DNA from: Squalus acanthias
Taxonomy: Eukaryota
Direction of reading: 5' to 3'
DNA: 64,000 nt
Assembly: GCA_030390025.1 (NCBI GenBank)
Contig: CM059433.1
Coordinates: forward strand, 15,068,001-15,132,000
Part shown: one piece after another, positions 1-13,207 of the stretch
Layout of the letters: each line of letters opens with the position of its first letter
How positions within the stretch are numbered: position 1 is the stretch's first letter
Position numbers and translations under genes: made by a program
Notes under the pieces: model-generated
The model's database searches: none
Told to the model about the DNA's origin: nothing
Seen by the model: the letters and a program-made list of their open reading frames with translations, nothing else

Positions 1-954
1 CCTGATGCTGCACTGGACACAGGGCATCAACCCCTGACAACATTGCTGGCCGGGAGGCCAGTGATGGCATCACCATGGCCAGACTTTCTTCACTTGATGC
101 TGTAAACCCTGGCTGCCACATGATGCACCAGGTTGACACCATCCCACACCAGCACCGTGAAGCATCCCTTTAATGTCCAAGCCATTCCATGCACACTCAT
201 CACTATAGTGGGACCGGGGCGGCGGGGGGGTGGGCGGGGGGGGTGCGGCGGGGGGGTGGACAGTTGTGACTGAACAATCACTGGAACTCAGTAAGAAACA
301 TTTCAATGTGCGCTCAGATCTGTCCAATAAGGGGCATTTTTTGAAAAATAGATTTCACAGTATGAAAACTCATTACCAGATACTTCACATGGACATTGGC
401 TAAACCTCTCAAGTACCCACCCTTGTGTGTTGTTAATTGGTATGCTTGCAGTACAATGAGGGTGAGTGTGAGGGGTGGCTAGTGAGATGGGGAAGTGATA
501 AAGTAGATAGAGAGGGTTGGGTGGAGGTGCAAGGTAAGTTGGTGTCCTGAACAGGTCTCTTCCACCCTTGGAAGGGAAGAGAACCTTCCTGCGTACTGTG
601 ACTCCCTCCATAAGCATATGGAGGGAGTCATTGGAGAGCCTGGGTGCAAGAGTTCACCTTTGTGCAGTGATTGTCAGTGTTTTCAGCACCTCAATGCTGT
701 CAAACACTGAAAAATCAACTGTCAAAATAAAATTGTGCATGGTCCCTTTAAGGAAACCGGCCGATGACGCGTCATCAAATGACGTCATCAGACCCGCTTC
801 CTGTTAATTGGCTGGTAAGCCCACAGGGTGGGCTTAACAAGGCCAATCAAGGGAAAATCACGTCTGCAGAGCGGAGGCAGCTGGGTGGGCGGGACTGGAA
901 CCTGGAAACCAACTGACCCGCCCCCATCCCGACACCGCTGAGAAAATCGCGGCC
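1..954 (-). mobile_element. Internally deleted PIF/Harbinger derivative, left end outside window
   Basis: Terminus GAAAATCGCGGCC followed by TAA (955-957). Segments ~540-620 and ~60-190 are reverse-complement homologues of ~6090-6180 and ~7900-8050. Confidence 0.7.
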
Positions 955-1222
955 TAAGACTCTATGAGGTGGCATTCAATGTCAATGCCATCTCAATCGC
1001 ACACAGGAGGTGGCTGCAAGTAAGAAAAAAGTCCGCCCAGTGAGATACAAATGAGTTCACACAGGGCTTCTGTAGCAAACTGAAAAAAAAAATTATTTCA
1101 GTCAAGGATGAACAGAATTAGTTTGTAATTGAAGCAGCAGTGGAGGTCCTTACATGAGCACTCTGTACGCCAATAAAAGGACAATAGAAGTAATACAGTT
1201 TGCTGAGAAAGGGTTTGCCTAC

Positions 1223-1785
1223 CTTCACACTTCTTTTTATCAATGGAATCGTGTGCTTGAATATTTTATGCCACATTCGGCTTATTGACTTCTGAGAAAG
1301 TCACAGAGTGGCATTTAGAACTTAAAATGTCAATTCTATCTCAGTATGATTTCATAACAATATCCTATCACAGGCATTAATATTACACTGACTGCCTCTT
1401 AATCCAGAGTCGTCCTTCACATCCATTTTAATTTTTTTCAGATTTGAACACTCAGACATAACCTTCCCAACTCTGGACTTTAAATGTAACAGCTCTCTCT
1501 TATTAGATTCCTGGATACGTGTCTGTGGCTCAGATAAGCATGAATTGAATTCAACACATTCTGGACCTGTTTTGCCAGCAATGTTTTCAATATCTGTACA
1601 TTCAAACATTGTGCTGCTGCCACAGATTGCTAGTTGTCTAGTTGAAAAGAGCCTTAGCTGGTCTTCACTGTTTTCTGTGTAGTAAGCATCACAGAAGACG
1701 GGAACGATTTGACGGACAACACGACTGCGGAGAGACAGATAACGGGCGTAATTATCCAAAATGATCGGCTCCCAGTATCTGCCAT
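1223..1785 (-). pseudogene. Candidate frameshifted first coding exon of a secreted protein
   Basis: ATG at 1785 opens a signal-peptide-like 43-aa ORF (MADTGSRSFWIITPVICLSAVVLSVKSFP...). It overlaps the Cys-containing open frame 1759-1352. Donor-like GAAG|GTAGGC at 1223/1222. Non-repetitive sequence. Confidence 0.3.
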
Positions 1786-3358
1786 ACCAGCTGAGCTCGT
1801 GCTGGTCAGCAGGGGAGGGGGAATTTCTTCACAGAGACAGGGGGAAAATCAGAGTGTAGGTCAAACTAGGTGGCTGTCAGATGCCTTCTCATGGCAATGT
1901 ACACAGCTTTATTAGCAGAAAGCTAGAAACAGCTCGCTGGCTTATCCCGAGTTAGCAAATTGTGCGTCACGAAGAAGGAGCTAAAGCGGGTTAAAAAAAA
2001 CTTTTTAAAAATTATTATATTGAAGCAACATAAGAGGCAAAACATCCAACAAATTTGTATCCATTAAAAGTAAAAAGAAACTGCTGGAGTAAATGGACAC
2101 CCAAGCATTCATGGATTTTACTTCCAATAAGAAACTAAATTGTTGATGCAAACTAGTAGATAAATGAACTGAAACCTTATTCTAACCGGACGAAGGTAAA
2201 CTACGGGATGCTATAACAAGTTAGCACATTGTCCCTTCACCTCAGTGAGTGTTGTTCAAATGTAGCCCAGACTGATGGGATGAAGTTCTCTTCTCACTTT
2301 TGGCTTTACCATCTCCCCAAGTTCTAGTTGATGCCAGATAATGACAGAAGTGGAAAAATTCACACTGATGCAGCTAAGGGATAGGGTGTGTGTGTATAGA
2401 TGTACTACTCTGTGCATGGAGTTGGGGAGAGTAGAAAACTGATGTGGATAATATAGGGCTAATATTCCTCCCTTCCCCCTGCACCTAGACATGACCAAAA
2501 CCTGCCCGTATCTCTGGGTTCAGATCATTTTTAAGTAGACCATACACTCCCCCAGTGCAGGCATGCCCCTGTAAACATGGGAGCAAAATCAGCTGTCGGC
2601 GCAGGCTTCAGACGCCTGGAACAGCAGCAATGAGCTCTAGTTGTGGGCTCTTCTGGTTACTGTCCAGACACAGCAACCTGGAGGCTTCCAGCCCCCAAGA
2701 TGGTATCATGGAACCTGGTAACTGAAAGAAAAAGATACTTCCCTTTTTCCCAGCCCTATCTTCCTGCTGTCTGCTCCTGCTCAAATCTGAATGGGACTGG
2801 GTACAGGGTCTACGGCCAACTTCTTTCGGGCACCCCTCCAAATGGACACCTACCGGCTGAGGCAAATGGACAGTTATGCTCTCTCCTGCCTCATTTGCAT
2901 TGTTATGTCTGATAGGGACAGCACTGTTCTGCCCACACTTGGGAGTAATCCCCCGCAAAATCATTGGGTTACATAAAGGAGATGGAGTCCTAGCATCATA
3001 GGTCTACACCCTCCTTTCACTTTCCTTTGCACCTGGGAACTGTGGAGAAAGAAGATCTTGATGTCATCGTTCATTACTCTGTAATGGTTCACGACTGTAG
3101 AAAGTATACACAGACCCTTAATTTTAATTTTGATATATATTGAAATGCTTTGCCAGGCCAAAAGTTTTTTTTCAAAGTGAAATAAAGTTGTAACAGACGG
3201 TCTTTCACTGATAAGTGGACATGGAATGTGCTTTGATGTGCTTTACTAACAGGCAGCAAACATGGTTGTGACTGCAGGGGGTAGTCATAGACACCAGAGA
3301 TAAACAAACCCCCTTAGATTTGCAGACATCATGTCTAAAAACAAATAGGCCACGAGAT

Positions 3359-4016
3359 TGTAAGATGATTTTTGGTGGCTAAAGGGGAGGAGTCAAACCT
3401 TTGAAGTTTTGAAATGCAGAATACGACGTAACACATGAATTGTAACCAAGTGGTTTTCTGCCACGTTTGTAAACTTTATGAGTGAATGAACAATTTTGAG
3501 CTTTGATAAAGGCAACTAATGGATAATGACACAGGAGGTGTGAGTGTGAACGTTTGACAGCTCAAACAACTTACGTCGAACGTTAAAGCTACATTTCACT
3601 ATCTCTGAATGATTGATTTACTGCAAAAGGCAAGGAAAACTTTATAAAAACCAGTGACGAAAAATATCAGCACTGCAGTCGGAGGGAGGTGGTTTGGCCA
3701 GTCATCTCACCTACGAGGATCAGGCTGCAGTCAGGTGGATGGGGCCTGGCTGATCGTCTAAAGGTGAAGAGCTGCAGTTGAAAGGACGCGGCCTACAATC
3801 AACGCTGGACTGATCATCTGCGGGCGGTTGTATGTATGATTTTCTGTAACATTATTGGTGGACCGCTCGAATAGTGGTCGAGGTTTTGAATCTGTCTTCG
3901 GAACAATAAAAGGTTAAAGGCAGAACCCGGTGTGTCTGGTATAATTTCTCATAAGTCTCAAGTCCGAACTCTATAACCTGTTGGACGGGACGAGGGGTAA
4001 TTCCGCACGTCCTACA
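3359..4016 (+). mobile_element. Possible solo LTR
   Basis: TGTAAGA...TCCTACA near-inverted termini, TATAAAA near 3643, AATAAA near 3905, CpG-richer than flanks. No clean TSD. Confidence 0.35.
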
Positions 4017-4084
4017 ACGACCAATGCCTTGAAGCTATAACTAAAGCAATTAGGTGACGGGGCTGCATTCACAGGACAACCATT

Positions 4085-4830
4085 ACAAAATGAAACATCC
4101 CATTTTGTCCTTTTACAAGACCTTGGTCAGGCTGCATATGGAATATTGCATCCAGTTTTGGTCCCTTCTCATTTGGTGATATTAAGGTTTTTGAAAAAAA
4201 TTCAGAGGAGGGCCACAAAAATGATTCTCAATTTAAAACACTTTAGCTACCCAAATAGACTTAAAGAGCTGGGTCTATATACTTTAGAGAAATAGACTCA
4301 GGAGCGATTTGATTGAGGTCTATAAAATAATGAAAGGATTAGATTGTGTGCTCGCTGACGAATTATTTTTATTTAAATAGGTTGGGGAGGATCGGGATCA
4401 TGCATATAAATTACACAAAGGGAGAAATAATTTAGATGTTAGGTGGTTCTTCTTTTCCCAGTAAAAAGTACTGCCTATGGAACAAGCTGCAACTTGCGTG
4501 GTGAGTGTTGATTTATTGTCTACCTTCAAGGGAGAGCAGGACCAGCTCCTGGCTAAAGCCGAGATCGCATCATACAAGAGGTTGGAACCAAATAATACAA
4601 GTCCTGCCCAGTGCAATTTCCCGGAATAGTTTTGATCACCTAGAGGGATCGGAGAGAAACTTTTCAGATTTGTTTCCCTAATTGGCCTTGGGTTTTTCAT
4701 CTTTTTTTAATCTCTCCCAGGACATGACACCTCGAGGGTAAGGAATCTCTTGACTTGATGCAAAAGCTGTTAGGGACAGGCTGAATGGATCAGCTGGTGT
4801 TTCCCTGTCCGATGTTTTTTGTATGTTCAT
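4085..4830 (+). mobile_element. Degenerate CR1 LINE 3' fragment
   Basis: Decayed YKTLVRLHMEYCIQFWS / RLRSDLIEVYKIMKG RT C-terminal motifs. Confidence 0.8.
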
Positions 4831-4861
4831 TGTCCAGGTGCACTGGACAGGAATTTTTTTG

Positions 4862-5070
4862 TTATTATTCATTCCTGGGATGTGGGTGTTGCTGGCAAGG
4901 CCAGCATTTATTGCCCATCCCTAATTGCCCTTAACTGAGTGGCTTGCTCGGCCACTTCAGAGGGCTGTTAAGAGTCAACCACATTGCTGTGTGTCTGGAG
5001 TCACATGTAGGGCAGACCAAGTAAGGATGGCAGGTTTCCTTCCCTAAAGGACGCTAGTGAACCAGATGGG
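4862..5070 (-). mobile_element. SINE-like fragment sharing its 3' tail with the CR1/L2-group LINE at 33596
   Basis: Tail GGGCAATTAGGGATGGGCAATAAATGCTGGCC...CACATCCC recurs at ~21195 (+), ~33600 (-) and ~35930 (-). Confidence 0.6.
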
Positions 5071-5939
5071 TAATCAATCCTTACATGACAGAATCATAAT
5101 TTTTTAAAAAATTCCCAGCACTTTGTACCTCTCACTTTCAAGAGCACAAAATAATTACTAAAGAAATCTAATGTAATCAAACTCATGTTTTGAATTGTTG
5201 TGCTGAGGTTTGTTGCATGTTGTGTTGATCATGATGTCTGTCAAAGATTGCCTTTCTGCATTAAAGTGGGTGACACGGCAATTTTCACTCAGTGACTAAA
5301 ACAGTTAGCAAATATCTGCTTAATTTATTGGATTGAATGATAAAATCAAAGGAAGTTCAATTATAAACAAACAAATATACTACTCCTGAATACTACATAG
5401 CATCAACAGAGGAAAGTATGTCTTCAATCAAATGGATTAGATTCTGAATGAAAATTCAAGCATGGAAAATGGCCCAAAAATATTTTAATGACGGAACAAA
5501 TAATGACTGAACAGATCTCAATGTTCACATTCAAGCCTCCGAAACAAAAGATGATTTATATTGAAAATCTCCTCACAGAACTAGAATCCTTTGAACATCA
5601 TTGTTGAGTCTAGTAGCTGAATCCTACTTGGCAAAAAAAAGAGTTGGAACTAGTTAGAGGATCTAAACTCTTAACTGCAAATGCAAAGATTATGGCCGGA
5701 ATTTCGCCTACCTGGGTGGGTCTGGTGTGGGCGGTGGCCATGGCGGGTCGCGACCCCGCTGCCGGCTCCATTCCGCTGCTGAAAATTAGTTTTCCTTAAT
5801 AGGGCCTATTGAACCCACCCTGAGCGTTACCCGGCCCAATTAAAGGGTGCGGAACTGGTGGCATCATCGATGACGCGTTTTCAGCCGGGATCTTCAAAGG
5901 GGCCATGGCCACATTGGATTTGAATGTCAATTTAACATA

Positions 5940-7669
5940 GTGCTGTCAGTGCCCTGCAGCATTGGAGTGCTGCAAACACTGACAATCTCTGCACAGAGCC
6001 AGAGGGCTGTACCCAGGTTCTCCGATGACTCCCTCCATATACTTATGGCTGGCGTACTGACACCAGAGATAAGCGCACCCAGCAACAGCACGGATATGCT
6101 TATGGAGGGAGTCTCAGAGCACGCAGGGAGGTCTTCTTCCCTTCAAATGGGCGGAAGAGACCTCCCGAGGACACCAAAACAGCCTAGTTGGAGATTGCAG
6201 AGAAGATCACAAGCAGGGATATGGTCAGGAGGACCTGTGTGCAGTGTTGCAAATGCTTCAATGATCTCATTAGATCAGAAAACGTGCATACAAAGCCACA
6301 CTCACCTTCATCCTGCTGTGCCTCTCATCACATCCCCATCACTCTGCCTTCCCTACCCTACCCCTGCACATCCTTAGTCACACCAACTTACCTTGCATGT
6401 CCACCCATCCCGCTCTCTCTATCTACATTATCTTTTCCCCATCTCACTAGCCACCCCTCACACTCACCCTCATCCTAGTGCAATCATACCAACTAACAAC
6501 ACACAAGGAGGCCACTTGACTTTGGCACCCAACTCCATCATAGTCACCCTCTAAAGATCTAACCCATCCATTCCTTACACTCATTCTATCACTCTCACTC
6601 AACCTTCTCTTCCTTTCCTTCTTACAGGAAAAGAGAGCCCACAATAAGAGGGAGAGGGGGAGAACCGGCGGTGGCCCTCCATCATTTGCAAACCTTACAA
6701 CAGCAGAGGAGGCTGCTTTAAAAATATCTGGAGTTGCCTGAACAGCTGGAGGTAGGAGACAGAGAGAAGGGGACATCTGAGCAACCTGGTGACAGAATTA
6801 CATATCATACAGCTACATGGCATACAGCAGTTACTCATATGTGGACTGACGTCAGCAGCCACTGAATGGTCATCATGGTCATAATGGTATCTGTACCCAT
6901 TATTCAATAGACATATCTAACTCATCTATTTACTCTCCCACAGGTCCATCAAGAGCGCCCCCACTGTCCAGGAAGAAAAGAAAGATGAGTCCTCAGAGGA
7001 GCCTCCAGGCTCTGATGGCGCACCGTCACCAGACATAAGCGCACCCAGCACCAGCGCAGACACGCACACCTCGGTGGGTGCCACACGAGATAGAGTCGTG
7101 TTGTCACCTGGTGTCTCACAACTCACAAGTGAGCAAGAGCAGATGGTGGAGACAGGGACAGTAGTGGAGACTCCTCACCGGAGGGCGCAGGGCGCTCCCA
7201 GCTCTGCTCAGCTGCATGCAGACGCTGAGCCTTGGGGGGGCCATCAAGAAAGAGGGCGATCCTGGAGGTGCAGGAAGAAGTGCAGGAGGCTCTGAGAGGT
7301 TTTGCAACCGCGATGTCTGCAAATGTTCAGAGTATGGAGAAGTCCATCACCAATATGAGCACCACCGTGTCGCAGGCGATGGCGACGGTATGCTCCTCCA
7401 TGGATAGGATGGCCACCTGCATGGAGCAGCTAATGCACCACTCATAGGAGCACATGGTCTCTATGGGGAATAGATGGCTATCTGTGGAACATAGATGGCT
7501 ATGTATGGAGAATAGATGGCAGAGGTTCATTTACCTCCTCTCTAGGAGGGATGTCAGCATAGACGTGGGTCCTCATGGCCCCACTGATGTGCAGCAAGGT
7601 GCTCTCCAGCTCCTTGGCAGCAGGGGACTGAGCAGGCTGCCTCTACCTCTGCTGAAGCCACAGGGCTAG
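5940..7669 (+). pseudogene. Harbinger Myb/SANT-like DNA-binding protein, disrupted, multi-exon
   Basis: RAVPRFSDDSLHILM...LEIAEKITSRDMVRRTCVQCCKCFNDLIRS; exon 2 EKRAHNKRERGRTGGGPP after a polypyrimidine acceptor at ~6627; coiled-coil-like C-terminus with 21-bp repeats at ~7457-7520. Confidence 0.75.
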
Positions 7670-8481
7670 CACCTCGTAGAAGCACATCGAAGAGAAAGAT
7701 GACACACAGGTAGATTCCCAAGGGTAGCCACTTGGGTGGTTTATCCAATGATTATGTAAAGTTTCCATTAATGTGCTGTCAAACATAAAAATCTTTATTT
7801 TCAACACTTTCCGGCCTTAGACAAATTGTGTCCACCTTTATAAGTGGCTTAGTGAGTTGCAGTGAATGGTGAGACATAACGGCACCTCCAGCAATGGTGG
7901 TCAAGTGTGAAAGGAATGACTTGGTCATTGCTGGGATGCTTTATGGTGCTGGTGTGGGGTGGTGCCAACCTGGTGCATCATGTGGAAGCCATATGCACGT
8001 ACAGCATCAAGTGAAGTAAATCTGGCTATGGTGAGGCCATCCCTGGCCTCCTGGGCAGAAATGTGGTCGGGTGCTGATGCCCTCTGTCCTGTGCAGTATC
8101 AGTTGATTGCGGAGAAGGTTGGTGTTGTTGTTGGTGCTGCTGGTGTGCCTGGTGCTGCTGAGGTTGGGGCTCATTGTGGTCAGATTCTGAGAACCAAGGT
8201 GAGAGAGTATAAACGGCACCCATGCTGATGGAATAGATGGCAGGTGAAGTACAGATGACAGAAGCATTCTGTCAATGGTGAGAGAGTTCTTCCAATGAGG
8301 TGAGACTGGATGGAGACTTTGCTGGAAAGACTGCAGCCTGTGCTGGGAATGGACTGAGCAACAGCTTCTGCCTGAGGAAAGTGATCATCTGTCAGGTGGG
8401 AGCTTTTACTGTACATTTAATGCTGTCAACTAATCAGCTGCAGCAATGGCCACTGAACTTTCACCTCAGGTTGACAGATGT

Positions 8482-11400
8482 CAGGGGACTGGGAACCTAA
8501 GTGTGGGCCCAGAACGGAGAGAAACAAAGCTGGAAGTGCAAGTTAGAAAAGTAGTCAGCAAAACTAGTAGGGAGCAGAAACAAAGGCCAACAGTAAAGAG
8601 TGTCAAAGTGCAGAAAAATATTAAACAGGCAAAGTTGAAGGCACTTTATCTATAGCATTCGCAACAAGGTGGATGAATTAATGGCACTAATAGAATTAAA
8701 TGGGTATGATGTAATTGCCATTACAGAGACATGGTTGCAGGGTAACCAAAGCTGGGAACTGAATGTTCCAGGGTACTCAACATTTAGGAAGGACAGACAA
8801 AAAGGAAAAGGAGGTGGCGTAGCGCTGTTAATAAGGGATGAACTCGGTACGGTAGAGATAAAAGATCTTGGCTCGGCAGATCGTGATGTAGAACTGGAAT
8901 CAGTTTGGGTGGAGCTAAGAAACAGCAAAGGGCGGAAAACATTGGTGGGAGTTGTGTATAGGCCACCAAACAGTAGTGGTAATGTAGGGCACAGTATCAA
9001 TCAAGAAATTAGAAGTGCATGTAACAAGGGCAATACGGTAATCATGGGGGCCTTTAATCTACATATTGACTGGGCAAATCAAATTACCACTAATGGTGTG
9101 GAGGACGAATTCTTGGAATGCATGTGAGATGGTTTCCTCGATCAGTATGTGGAGGAACCAACCAGGGAACAGGCTATTCTGGATCTGGTACTGTGTAATG
9201 AGAAAGGGCTAATCAATAATCTTGTGGTAAAGGGGCCTTTAGGGACAAGTGACCATAATATGGTTGAATTTTACATTAAGTTTGAGAGTGATGCAGTCCA
9301 ATCTGAAACTAAGGTCTTCAAACTAAACAGAGGAAACTACAAGGGTATGAGGGACAATTTGGCCATGGCAGATTGGTAGACTACACTAAAAGGTATGAAG
9401 GTGGACATACAATGGCTAACATTCAAGGAAATAATGCATCATTTGCAACAAACATATATTCCTCTAGGGCATAGAAACCCAAAAGGAAAAGTGATCCAAC
9501 CATGGCTAACAAAAGAAATTAAAGCTAGTATTAAGTCAAAGGAGGAAGCTTATAAAGTTGCCAGAAAAAGCGGTCAGACTGAGGATTGGGATCTTTTCAG
9601 AAATCAGCAAAGGGGGACCAAAAAATTGATACAGAAAGGGAAAATGGAATATGAGCACAAACTAGCGAAAAATATAAAAACGGATTGTAAAAGCTTCTAT
9701 AGGTATGTGAAAAGGAAAAGACTGGCGAAGGTAAATGTAGGTCCTTTACAGTCAGAGATGGGAGAATTTATAATGGGGAATGAGGAAATGGCAGAGAAAT
9801 TAAATAAATACTTTGTTTCTGTCTTCACGGAGGGAGGAGCTGAGGGAAATCCTTATTAGTTGGGAAAAGGTATTGGGGAAATTGATGGGACTGAAGGCTG
9901 AAAAATCCCCGGGGCCTGATGGTCTGCATCCCAGAGTACTTAAGGAGGTGGCCTTGGAAATAGTGGATGCATTGACGATCATTTTCCAACATTCCTTAGA
10001 CTCTGGATCAGTTCCGATGGAGTGGAGGGTGGCCAATGTAACCCCTCTTTTTAAAAAAGGAGGGAGGGAGAAAGCAGGGAATTATAGACCGGTCAGCCTG
10101 ACATCGGTCGTGGGTAAAATGATGGAAGCAATTATTAAAGATGTCATAACAGACCATTTGGAAAGTGGTGACATGATAGGTCCAAGTCAGCATGGATTTG
10201 TGAAAGGGAAAGGGAAATCATGCTTGACAAATCTTCTGGAATTTTTTGAGGATGTTTCCAATAGGGTGGACAGGGGGGAACCAGTAGATGTGGTGTATTT
10301 GGACTTTCAGAAGGCCTTCGACAAGGTCCCACACAAGAGATTGGTGAGCAAAGTTAAAGCACATGGGATTGGGGGTAATGTGTTGACGTGGATTGAGAAC
10401 TGGTTGGCACACAGGAAACAAAGAGTAGGAGTAAATGGGTACTTTTCAGAATGGCAGGCAGTGACCAGCGGGGTACCGCAGGGTTCGGTGCTGGGACCCC
10501 AGCTGTTTACATTATATATTAATGATTTGGACGAAGGGATTAAATGTAATATCTCCAAATTTGCGGATGACACTAAATTGGGAGGCAGTGTGAACAATGA
10601 GGAGGATGCTAGGAGGCTACAGAGTGACTTGGACAGATTGGGTGAATAGGCAAATGTATGGCAGATGAAGTACAATGTGGATAAATGTGAGGTTATCCAC
10701 TTTGGTGGTAAAAATAGAGAGGCGGACTATTACCTGAATGGTGGCAGATTAGGGAAAGGGGAGGTGCAACGAGACCTGGGCGTCATGGTACATCAGTCAC
10801 TGAAGGTGGGAATGCAAGTGCAGCAGGCAGTCAAGAAAGCAAACGGAATGATGGCCTTCATAGTAAGGGGATTTGAGTACAGGAGTAGGGAGGTGATGCT
10901 GCAGTTGTACAGGGCCTTGGTGAGGCCACACCTGGAGTATTGTGCGCAGTTTTGGTCTCCTAACTTAAGGAAGGACATTCTTGCTATTGAGGGAGTGCAG
11001 CGAAGGTTCACTAGATTGATTCCTGGGATGGCCGGACTGACATATCAAGAAAGATTGGGTCAACTGAACTTGTATCCTCTGGAGTTCAGAAGAATGAGGG
11101 GGGATCTTATAGAGACATTTAAAATCCTGACTGGTTTAGACAAATTAGATGCGGGCAGAATGTTCCCAATGTTAGGGAAAACTAGAACCAGGGGTCACAG
11201 TCTAAGGATTAAGGGGAAGCCATTTAAGACTGAGCTGAGGAGGAACTTCTTCACCCAGAGAGTGGTGAATCTATGGAATTCTCTTCCACAGAAGGTTGTT
11301 GAGGCCAGCTCGCTAAATATATTCAAAAGGGAGTTAGATATAACACTCACAACTAGGGGGATCAAGGGGTATGGCGAGAAAGCAGGAATGGGGTACTGAG

Positions 11401-13207
11401 GTAGCATGTTCAGCCATGAACGCATTGAATGGCGGTGCAGGCTCGAAGGACCGAATGGTCTACTCCTGTACCTATTTTCTATGTTTCTATGTTTCTAAGA
11501 CACAAAAACCTCCCAGAAATACAAGAAAACTAAGGGTATGGCGAGAATGAGGAACTTCAAGAAATTATTATTAGTAAAAAAACAGTACTAGCAAAATTAA
11601 TGGGACTAAAAGTCGATAAATCCCAAGGACCGGATGACCTACATCCTAGGGTTTTGAAAGAGGTGGCCATTGGGATAGTGGACGCATTGGTTGTCATCTT
11701 CTAAAATTCTATAGATTCTGGAACGGTTCCTGCAGTTTGGAGGATAGCAAATGTAACCCCGCTATTTAAGAAAGGAGGGAGAGAGAAAACGGGGAACTAC
11801 AGACCTGTTAGCCTCACATCAGTAGTTGGAAAAATGCTGGAATCTATTATAAAGGATGCAATAACTGGGCACTTAGAAACTAATAGTAAGATTGGGCAGA
11901 GTCAACATGGATTTATGAAAGGGAAATCCTGTTTGACAAACCTAATGGGGTTCTTTGAGGATGTAACTAGTGGAGTAGATAAAGGGGAACCGGTAGATGT
12001 GGTGTATTTGGATTTTCAGAAGGCCTTCGATAAGGTCCCACACAAGAGGTTGGTGAACAAAATTAGGGCACATGGAATTGCGGGTAATATACTAGCATGG
12101 ATTGAGAATTAGTTAACAGACAGAGAACAAAGAGTAGGGATAAACTGGTCTTTTTCAGGATGGCAGGCTGTGACTAGTGGGGTACCGCAAGGATCGGTGC
12201 TTGGGCCCCAGCTATTCACAATCTATATCAATGATTTGGATGAGGGGACTAAATGTAACATTTCCAAATTTGCTGATGATACAAAGCTAGGTGGCAGTGT
12301 TAGTTGTGAAGAGGATGTGAAGAGGCTTCAAGGGGATCTCGACAGGCTCAGTGAGTGGGCGAGAACATGGCAGATGGAATATAATGTGGATAAATGTGAA
12401 GTTGTCCACTTTGGTAGATAAAACAGAAAGGCAGAGTATTTCCTAAATGGTGAAAGATTGGGGAATGCAGATGCTCAAAGGGACCTGGGTGTCCTTGTAC
12501 ATGAGTCACTGAAAGTGAATGTGCAGGTGCAGCAAGCCATTAGGAAGGCAAATAGTATGCTGGCCTTCATTACAAGAGGATTTGAGTACAGGAGTAAAGA
12601 AGTCTTACTCCAATTATATAGGACCTTGGTGAGACCACACCTGGAGTACTGTGTACAATTTTGGTCTCCTTACCTAAGGAAGGATATACTTGCCATAGAG
12701 GGAGTGCAACGAAGGTTCACGAGATTGATTCCTGGGATGGCGGGACTGTCGTATGAGAAGAGATTGAGTAAACTAGGCCTGTATTCTCTTGAATTCAGAA
12801 GAATGAGAGGGGATCTCATTGAAGCATACAAATTATTACAGGGCTTGATAGGGTGGATGCTGGGAGAATGTTTCTCTTGGCTGGGGAGTCTAGAACCAGA
12901 GGCCACAGCCTCAGGAGAAAGGGTAGGCCATTCAGGACTGAGATGAGAAGAAATTTCTTCACACAGAGGGTGGTGAATCTTTGGAATTCTCTACCCCAGA
13001 GGGCTGTGGAGGCTCAGTCATTGGGTATATTCAAAACAGAATTCGATAGATTTCTGACTAGTAAGGGCATCAAGCGATATGGCGATAGGGCCGGTGAATG
13101 GAGTTGAGGCAGAAGATCAGCCATGATCTCATTGAATGGCGGAGCAGGCTCGAAGGGCCGAATGGCCTACTCCTGCTCCTATTTCTTATGTTCTTATGTT
13201 CTTATGT
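8482..13207 (+). mobile_element. CR1 LINE (APE endonuclease + RT ORF2, disrupted), occupying 8482-9833 and 11497-13207
   Basis: [41 protein letters not shown] and KFADDTKL motifs; 3' hairpin and (TTCTTATG)n tail. Confidence 0.95.
9834..11496 (+). mobile_element. 5'-truncated CR1 LINE (RT region), apparently nested in the previous CR1
   Basis: ORFs 9813-10649 and 10665-11399 are separated by one stop; (TTTCTATG)n tail ends at 11496. Confidence 0.9.

Noticed and set aside
2608..3060. Overlapping short ORFs
   Set aside because: No recognisable motif or splice structure.
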